In this document: piece after piece, positions 9,310-15,332 of the stretch
Numbering within the stretch: position 1 is the first letter of the stretch
Layout of the letters: each line of letters opens with the position of its first letter
DNA from: an uncultured Erysipelotrichaceae bacterium
Lineage (GTDB): Bacteria; Bacillota_I; Bacilli_A; Erysipelotrichales; Erysipelotrichaceae
DNA length: 22,428 nt
Reading direction: 5' to 3'
NCBI GenBank assembly: GCA_964436975.1
Contig: CAYTET010000008.1
Location: 1 to 22,428, forward strand
The notes under the pieces: model-generated
The model's input: the letters and a program-made list of their open reading frames with translations, nothing else
Told to the model about the DNA's origin: nothing
The model's database searches: none
Program-made: the position numbers and the translations under genes

Positions 9310-10275
9310 ATGTTAAAAGTGCATTTTATCAATGTCGCCGAAGGCGATGCAACTTTATTTGAATTCAGTCAGCCTGACGGCATCTACCGTCTGCTGATTG
9401 ATGACGGCCATGCCCAGCTGGAACCGACTTCCGGCTCGGCCCGCAATACCGCCCTGCAGTATCTGCAGAACAGGCAGATCAGCCATCTTGACGCGCTGGT
9501 CATCACCCATCTGCATCTGGATCACTTCGGGGCCACGGCTGCTTTAGCCGAAAACATCCGGATTGATGATGTCTATGCTTCTTATTTCCCCCCCCGGGCC
9601 GATTCCTACATTGAAAATGCGGATCAGCCGGATAAGGAAAGACGCAAGCTGCAGGACTGTCTTGATCTGTGGGCCCGCAACACGGCCGCTTTGCGCCAAG
9701 CCGGCAGCCGGCTGCACACGGTTGACCAGGACACCAATATTGCCACCGCCAACGGTCTGGATATCAGGCTTATCTGCCCGTCGGCGCTAGCCCTGCAGAT
9801 GCAGCGCAAGCTGTTTGATGACATGTATGCCGGCAAGCCGCTTCAAGATAAGAATATCTTCTGGGCATCTAAATCCCGCAATCCGGCTTCGCTGCGTACT
9901 GAAATTGTCTATGCCGGCCGCCGCATTGAAATGGCTGCCGACTGCTACGGGCGGATCTGGGAGAATGAGGAGCTGTTGCCCTGTGACATTCTGAAGATTC
10001 CGCATCATGCCGATGCCAAGTCACTGACCGCTAAGCTGGTGGACAAACTGCATCCGCGCTATGCGGTCGCCACCTGCGGCAAGGATTACATTGAGCGCAA
10101 AGACCGGCCTTCCGCCAAGATGATTGCTTATCTGACGGCGGTGGATACCCGGGTCTATTTTACGGATTCATTCGCTTTTAACGGCCAGCCTGCAAACGTT
10201 TGGCCGGCAGTGATTTTTACGATTGACGACGATGGCACAATAAAAGCCCCCCAGAGTGAAGGGAAGAAAGGATAA
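9310..10275 (+). CDS. MBL-fold metallo-hydrolase (ComEC-C-terminal-like / beta-lactamase superfamily II)
   Basis: The N-terminus VHFINVAEGDATLF...LLIDDG and the HxHxDH motif (VITHLHLDHFG) are typical of the family, as is the later KIPHHAD. Its stop is 2 nt before the start of the following HAD gene. Confidence 0.8.
   Translation: MLKVHFINVAEGDATLFEFSQPDGIYRLLIDDGHAQLEPTSGSARNTALQYLQNRQISHLDALVITHLHLDHFGATAALAENIRIDDVYASYFPPRADSYIENADQPDKERRKLQDCLDLWARNTAALRQAGSRLHTVDQDTNIATANGLDIRLICPSALALQMQRKLFDDMYAGKPLQDKNIFWASKSRNPASLRTEIVYAGRRIEMAADCYGRIWENEELLPCDILKIPHHADAKSLTAKLVDKLHPRYAVATCGKDYIERKDRPSAKMIAYLTAVDTRVYFTDSFAFNGQPANVWPAVIFTIDDDGTIKAPQSEGKKG
10191..10204. promoter_or_regulatory. Intragenic copy of the operator-like motif (TGCAAACGTTTGGC) near the 3' end of the MBL gene
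   Basis: The 13-mer CTGCAAACGTTTG (10190-10202) is identical to 4285-4297 and contains the same 10-bp perfect palindrome. It lies 76 bp upstream of the HAD gene start at 10278. It also encodes PANVW, so chance cannot be excluded. Confidence 0.3.
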
Positions 10276-10277
10276 CC

Positions 10278-11030
10278 ATGATTACTACGGTGATGTTTGA
10301 TATGGGCGGAACGCTCGAGGATATCTGTGTTGATGAAGCCTCTAAGCAGGCCGCTAACAGGCAGCTTTATAATATTCTGCTGGACTGCGGCATGGCGGCT
10401 GATACCGACCCGGCGGTTCTGCGCCAGCAGACTGAAAAAGGCTGGATCGACTATGGCTGTTACCGCGACAGCGTTGATGTCGAACTGAAGCCGGAGCATA
10501 TCTGGTGCGATTATGTACTGAAGGGCTTTGACGTCGATATGGCCAAAGTCAAGGCTAACAGCGAAAGAATCGCCAAGATGTGGGAATTAACTTATTATCA
10601 CCGTTCGCTCAGACCGCGCGTGGCGGAAATGCTGGAAGGTCTGCAGTCATTAGGCCTGCAGCTGGGCGTCATCAGCAATACGGCCGCCATGTACCAGGTC
10701 TTCTCTTCGCTGCAGGAGTACGGCATCCGCGATTATTTCAAGGATGTGACCCTGTCATCGGTGACCGGACTGCGCAAGCCCTGCCCCGACATCTTTGAAG
10801 TGTCCCTGCACCAGCTGCAGGCTTCAGCGGATGAGTGCTTCTATGTGGGCGATACCATTTCCCGGGATATTGTCGGTTCCAAGCGGGCCGGCTTTGCCGG
10901 AGCCATCCAGATCTATTCCCATCTGACGGCCATGAAGGATATCGCGGATAAATACGAGTTCAAGCCTGACTATGTCGTCGAAGACATCTATGATGTCTAC
11001 CCGCTGCTGAAAAAAGTCTTAGGCAAATAA
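10278..11030 (+). CDS. HAD-superfamily hydrolase, subfamily IA-like (paralogue A)
   Basis: Motif I FDMGGTL (nucleophile Asp8, Gly at +2), motif II GVISNT, motif III RKP, and motif IV YVGDTISRD. An alpha-helical cap insert lies between motifs I and II. Confidence 0.85.
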   Translation: MITTVMFDMGGTLEDICVDEASKQAANRQLYNILLDCGMAADTDPAVLRQQTEKGWIDYGCYRDSVDVELKPEHIWCDYVLKGFDVDMAKVKANSERIAKMWELTYYHRSLRPRVAEMLEGLQSLGLQLGVISNTAAMYQVFSSLQEYGIRDYFKDVTLSSVTGLRKPCPDIFEVSLHQLQASADECFYVGDTISRDIVGSKRAGFAGAIQIYSHLTAMKDIADKYEFKPDYVVEDIYDVYPLLKKVLGK

Positions 11031-11050
11031 AAACCCGTGGTTACGGGTTT
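11031..11050. terminator. Bidirectional hairpin between the convergent HAD-A and lacI-family genes
   Basis: AAACCCGT (11031-11038), loop GGTT, then ACGGGTTT (11043-11050). On the minus strand it is followed by TTTTTATTT, making a good terminator for the regulator. It overlaps the regulator stop codon. Confidence 0.6.
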
Positions 11051-12081
11051 GAAGGCTGATCCGGCTTAGGATAGCCGGCTAACGGAGCGCAGGTCGACCG
11101 CTTCATCAGCGAGGGCATCAGGATCCGGTGGGTATAGCCGTCCAGATTATTCTGGATCTTGTCGACCAGGATATTGACGCATACGGATGCCAGCATTTTG
11201 ACCGGCTGTTCGATAGTGGACAGGTTGATCCGCGGCAGGGAGCTGTCCCGGATATTGTCAAAGCCTAAAAGGGAAAGATCTTCCGGGATCCGCAGCCCGA
11301 CTTCCTCAGCGGCCTGCATGACGCCAAAGGCGTTGGTATCGGTTGAGGCAAAGACGGCCGTGTAATTGCGGGGCTGGCTGAACATCTGCTTGGCCAGCAG
11401 ATAGCCGTATTTAGTGGATGAAGAAGTGAAAGTGTTGTTGCAGTACTGCGGATTCAGGCCTAAATCCTTGCAGGCCGCCGCATAGCCTTCCGCTCTGAGC
11501 TGATGGGTTATGCTGGCCTTGCGCTGGCCGAAGTACAGAATACGGCGGTGGCCCAGGCTGTACAGATATTCCACACCCATGTAGGCCCCGCGGAAATTAT
11601 CCACGGAAACATAGTTTTCCGGAGCATCGCGCATGTTCTCCCCGACAAAGACAGTGGGGACCTGGGCAATCCGCTCGCACAGATTGTCATAGCTTTCCGG
11701 TCCGACCGGCACCAGGATGATGCCGTCGACCTGCCGGCCGACCATCAGTTCAAAAAGGCTGTTCTCCTGCTGGGGGTCATAAGCCGAATTGCACAGAATG
11801 ATATTGTAACCCATGTTGCGGGCCTGCCGGTCGATATGATAGGCCAGTTCGGACATATAGGGGTTGTTGACCCCGGGCAGAATAAGACCCAGCAGCTTGG
11901 TGCTTTTGATGACCATGGCCCGGGCCACGGTATTGACCGTGTAGTTCATGTCCTTGCAGGCGGCAATAATGCGCTGGTAGGCATCCGGACTGACATTGGC
12001 ACTGCCGGACAAGGCCCGTGAGACCGTTGAATAGGATACGCCGGCCTGTTTGGCCACGTCCTTGATGGTAATTCGTTTCAT
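11041..12081 (-). CDS. LacI-family transcriptional regulator
   Basis: The N-terminal HTH is MKRITIKDVAKQAGVSYSTVSRALSG...VSPDAYQRI, followed by a periplasmic-binding-protein-like sugar-binding core. The start at 12081 (GGAGC RBS upstream) is preferred over the ORF-track start at 12162, which would add 27 non-conserved residues. Confidence 0.9.
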   Translation of the reverse strand: MKRITIKDVAKQAGVSYSTVSRALSGSANVSPDAYQRIIAACKDMNYTVNTVARAMVIKSTKLLGLILPGVNNPYMSELAYHIDRQARNMGYNIILCNSAYDPQQENSLFELMVGRQVDGIILVPVGPESYDNLCERIAQVPTVFVGENMRDAPENYVSVDNFRGAYMGVEYLYSLGHRRILYFGQRKASITHQLRAEGYAAACKDLGLNPQYCNNTFTSSSTKYGYLLAKQMFSQPRNYTAVFASTDTNAFGVMQAAEEVGLRIPEDLSLLGFDNIRDSSLPRINLSTIEQPVKMLASVCVNILVDKIQNNLDGYTHRILMPSLMKRSTCAPLAGYPKPDQPSNP

Positions 12082-12280
12082 GATAGCTCCTGTTATGCAA
12101 CAAAATGCACACGATAAACAGATTTTATGACATTTATTTGCATAATACAAGAGCCCCTGCAAATTGTTTCATTGCTCAAAACGGCCCAAAAAGGCCGTAA
12201 ATACCGTATTTTACGCTATAAAACAAGCTTGAAAAAGAACAGTCATGCCATAAATCAGGCATCTATTATGACTGAATTTG

Positions 12281-12296
12281 ATAAAAACGTTTTCGT
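12281..12296. promoter_or_regulatory. LacI-family operator-like site ATAAAAACGTTTTCGT upstream of the HAD operon
   Basis: The perfect 10-bp palindrome AAAACGTTTT (12284-12293) lies 30 bp upstream of the HAD-B start codon, in the divergent regulator/operon intergenic region. It shares the AAACGTTT core with the sites at 4286 and 10191. Confidence 0.4.
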
Positions 12297-12322
12297 TAAA
12301 CCACTTCAGGAGGGGGAAAGTT

Positions 12323-13078
12323 ATGATTAAAGCCGTCTTGTTTGACCTGGGAGGAACCCTGCACACGGCCAGCAGTCCGGCCGGCCGGCCGGAATGGTTT
12401 GCCCGCCGGCTGATTGACCGGCTGGCTGATTATGGCATCATTATTGATGTTTCCACCGCCCAGATGGCCGAAATACTGCATAATAACAGTGAGGAATACA
12501 AGCATGCCAGCGAAATTGATCTCAAGGAACTGCCGGCCGCCCGTATCTGGAGCGAATATTACCTGCGCCAGTTCAACATCAGTGAAAAGACCCTGGCTCC
12601 GATTGCCGAAGAACTGAGTTTTATTTATGATTACGAAAGACCGCTGGTCATGCGCCGGCCCCATCTGAATGAAACGATGAGCGGGTTAGCGGCAATGGGC
12701 ATAAGAATGGGCATGATTTCCAATATCATCTCCCGGTCGGTCGTTTCCCACTTTCTGATGGAATATGACATCGAAAAGTATATGGAGTGCATCGTCATGT
12801 CTTCGGTGACCGGTATCCGCAAGCCTTCGGCTGAAATATTCCGGGTTGCGGAAAAGGACATGGACCTGGCTCCCGAGGAGATGGCCTATGTCGGCGATAC
12901 GATTTCGCGGGATGTGCGCGGCGTGCGCAATGCCGGCTGGAAGATGATGATCCAGATCAACAACCCGGCGATTGCCTTTCGGGATGCCGGTCTGGACAAG
13001 GATGCGTATAAGCCTGACTATATGATCAGCGATCTCAGTGAAGTCGTTGAAATCATCCGTCAGGCCAATCAGCAGTAA
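12323..13078 (+). CDS. HAD-superfamily hydrolase (paralogue B)
   Basis: Motifs FDLGGTL, GMISNI, RKP and YVGDTISRD. The start at 12323 (MIKAVLFDLGGTL) is chosen because AGGAGGGGG lies 7-15 nt upstream and motif I then sits at the usual N-terminal position. Its closest relative in the window is paralogue A. Confidence 0.85.
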   Translation: MIKAVLFDLGGTLHTASSPAGRPEWFARRLIDRLADYGIIIDVSTAQMAEILHNNSEEYKHASEIDLKELPAARIWSEYYLRQFNISEKTLAPIAEELSFIYDYERPLVMRRPHLNETMSGLAAMGIRMGMISNIISRSVVSHFLMEYDIEKYMECIVMSSVTGIRKPSAEIFRVAEKDMDLAPEEMAYVGDTISRDVRGVRNAGWKMMIQINNPAIAFRDAGLDKDAYKPDYMISDLSEVVEIIRQANQQ

Positions 13079-13114
13079 AAAACATGGCAGCCAGATAAAT
13101 AGGGAGGTAAAACC

Positions 13115-13849
13115 ATGAAAAACAATATTGATACCATTTTCTTCGATGTCGGCAATACCCTGCGTTATGTTGTTCCCGATGCCGCCTTTTCGGCCCAGGC
13201 CGATCAGCAGCTGATGGAGCTGGTCAAGACAACCGCCAGCCACGAAGAGTTTTTTGCCGAACTGAATGCCAACTGGAAGAAATACCGCAAATGGGCCAAG
13301 GACAATCTGCTGGATGTCTCCGAGATGGAACTGTGGATGCAGTTTCTGCTGCCGGAATATGATCCGGCCATCATTGCCCCCAATGCCCCCCGGCTGACCC
13401 GGCTGTGGCGCGACCATGACGGCCGCCGGGTGCCGCATGATGATGTGGATTCTACATTGAGAGAACTGACCAACCGCGGCTACAAACTGGGCATCATTGC
13501 CAACACCATTACCGAAACCGAGATTCCGGACTGGATGTGCCATGACCAGGTTGCCGACTGTTTCAAGACGGTCATTCTGTCCTCCAAGGTCAGACTGCGC
13601 AAGCCTGATCCGGCCATCTATCTGCTGGGCGCCCGCTGCATCGATTCCAAACCGGAAGACTGCGCCTATGTGGGCGACAATGCCGTCCGGGATGTGGACG
13701 GGGCGGTTGATTCCGGCTATGGCGCCATGATCCTGTTTGAGTTTGAAGGTGTGGCCGTTGACCGGGACGGGGTATCACCCAATCACCAGCCGGATTACAA
13801 GATCGGCCATATCGGCGATCTGCTCGATCTGTTCGGGCCCAGAGGTTAA
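13115..13849 (+). CDS. HAD-superfamily hydrolase (paralogue C)
   Basis: Motifs FDVGNTL, GIIANT (Ala where the motif II Ser/Thr is expected), RKPDPAIY and YVGDNAVRD. RBS GGGAGG. It shares RGYKLGII and the YRKW cap motif with paralogues D and E. Confidence 0.85.
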   Translation: MKNNIDTIFFDVGNTLRYVVPDAAFSAQADQQLMELVKTTASHEEFFAELNANWKKYRKWAKDNLLDVSEMELWMQFLLPEYDPAIIAPNAPRLTRLWRDHDGRRVPHDDVDSTLRELTNRGYKLGIIANTITETEIPDWMCHDQVADCFKTVILSSKVRLRKPDPAIYLLGARCIDSKPEDCAYVGDNAVRDVDGAVDSGYGAMILFEFEGVAVDRDGVSPNHQPDYKIGHIGDLLDLFGPRG

Positions 13850-13852
13850 ATA

Positions 13853-14575
13853 ATGAAAGACATCAAGGGTGTTTTCTTTGATTTAGGCGGGACGCTGCGG
13901 ATTGCCCAGGAAGTTCCCGAACATATTCAGAAAGCCAAAAGGGCCATGGCTGATCTGGCCGGCGTTACTGATGAAAATGCCTTTTTGGAGATGATTGATA
14001 AACGCTATGAGCCCTACCGCAAATGGGCCATGACGGAATATAAGGAATGCGGGGATTTTGATCTGTGGCATATCTGGCTGCTGCCGGACATGCCGGAAGA
14101 AGAACTGCGGCCGGTCTGCCACCAGCTGACTTACCAGTACCGCCAGGTCAAAGGCCTGCGCCATCTGGTCACCCATGGTCTTGAAGTCATCAAAACGCTG
14201 CACCAGCGCGGCTACAAGCTGGGCATCATTTCCAATCTGATCGGTGAAAACGAAGTCGCCGACTGGCTCAGGGATGATGATCTGGCCCAATATTTTGATT
14301 CGGTAGTCCTTTCATCCATCTGCCATATCCGCAAGCCGGATCCGGCTATCTATGATATCGGCTGTGCCGAATTAGGTCTGAAGCCGGGCCAGTGCGCTTC
14401 GGTGGCCGACAATCTGAGCCGGGATTTTACCGGGGCTAAGGCGGCCGGCATCGGCGTCAATATTCTGTTCATCAGTCCGGAAAAGCTGGCCGGCAAAACG
14501 ATAACTGAAGAAAACCGCCCGGACATTATCATCAATGATTTCCTTGAATTGCTGGACCTGCCTTTTCTGCAGTAA
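13853..14575 (+). CDS. HAD-superfamily hydrolase (paralogue D)
   Basis: Motifs FDLGGTL, GIISNL, RKPDPAIY and SVADNLSRD. The start is 3 nt after the stop of paralogue C. Confidence 0.85.
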   Translation: MKDIKGVFFDLGGTLRIAQEVPEHIQKAKRAMADLAGVTDENAFLEMIDKRYEPYRKWAMTEYKECGDFDLWHIWLLPDMPEEELRPVCHQLTYQYRQVKGLRHLVTHGLEVIKTLHQRGYKLGIISNLIGENEVADWLRDDDLAQYFDSVVLSSICHIRKPDPAIYDIGCAELGLKPGQCASVADNLSRDFTGAKAAGIGVNILFISPEKLAGKTITEENRPDIIINDFLELLDLPFLQ

Positions 14576-14589
14576 GGAGAAGAGATAAA

Positions 14590-15318
14590 ATGGCTGATAT
14601 AAACACGCTGTTCTTCGATTTAGGCGATACCTTCCGCGTCATCCGTCATGATGATGAATACTCCCGGGCGGCCCGGGCGCTGATCTGTGAAAAACTGGGG
14701 GTTACCGAAGATCCGGATAAGTTCTATCATGAAGTCATCGAGCCGCGCTATGACAAATACCGGCAGTGGGCTTTGACTTATTACTGTGAAGCCCCGGAAA
14801 AAGTGCTCTGGACCCGCTGGCTGGCGTATGATTATCCTAAGGATGTCGTCGAGGCGGCGGCTTCCGAGCTGACTTTTGCCTACCGGCGCACCAAAGGGGA
14901 GCGCGTGGTTACCGAAGGCGGCATTGAAACGGTTAAGGAGCTGTTTGCCCGCGGCTATAAGCTGGGCATCATCTCCGATCTGGTCGGTGTCCATGAGGTT
15001 GACCAGTGGCTTGACCACGACCAGCTGCGTCCTTATTTCAAGACGGTGCAGCAGTCCTCGCTCTGTCTGATCCGCAAGCCCCATCCGGCGATTTACTATT
15101 ATGCCATGAATGAGATCGGCTCATCCGGGGAGCAGTGCTGCTTTGTCGGCGATAACCTTAACCGCGATATCATCGGGGCCAAGGCGGCCGGCATCGGCAT
15201 GACCATCGGGGTGCGCTATCCGGGCAAAAAAGAGCAGGAAATCACCCCGGAAAATAAGCCTGATCAGTTTATAACGCATTTTTCGCAGCTGCTGGATATT
15301 TTCCCAGCGCGCGGTTAG
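14590..15318 (+). CDS. HAD-superfamily hydrolase (paralogue E)
   Basis: Motifs FDLGDTF, GIISDL, RKPHPAIY and FVGDNLNRD. RBS AAGGAGAAG. Confidence 0.85.
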   Translation: MADINTLFFDLGDTFRVIRHDDEYSRAARALICEKLGVTEDPDKFYHEVIEPRYDKYRQWALTYYCEAPEKVLWTRWLAYDYPKDVVEAAASELTFAYRRTKGERVVTEGGIETVKELFARGYKLGIISDLVGVHEVDQWLDHDQLRPYFKTVQQSSLCLIRKPHPAIYYYAMNEIGSSGEQCCFVGDNLNRDIIGAKAAGIGMTIGVRYPGKKEQEITPENKPDQFITHFSQLLDIFPARG

Positions 15319-15332
15319 GAGGCAGATAGGAT

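Noticed and set aside
12181-12198. Small hairpin ACGGCC-CAAAAA-GGCCGT in the divergent intergenic region
   Set aside because: The stem is only 6 bp. It is not positioned after any gene on either strand, and it is more likely incidental or part of promoter architecture. There is not enough evidence to call it a feature.
12127-12330. 67-aa ORF in the regulator/HAD-B intergenic region, and the upstream ATG at 12278 as the HAD-B start
   Set aside because: Neither has an RBS. The small ORF spans the promoter/operator region. The 12278 start would add 15 residues ahead of a motif I that normally lies within about 10 residues of the N-terminus. The ATG at 12323 has a strong AGGAGG.
12323-15318. The tandem HAD genes as a DNA-level repeat or assembly duplication artefact
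   Set aside because: The copies differ extensively at both nucleotide and protein level. Only short motif-encoding stretches are similar. They are therefore old paralogues, not collapsed or expanded repeats.
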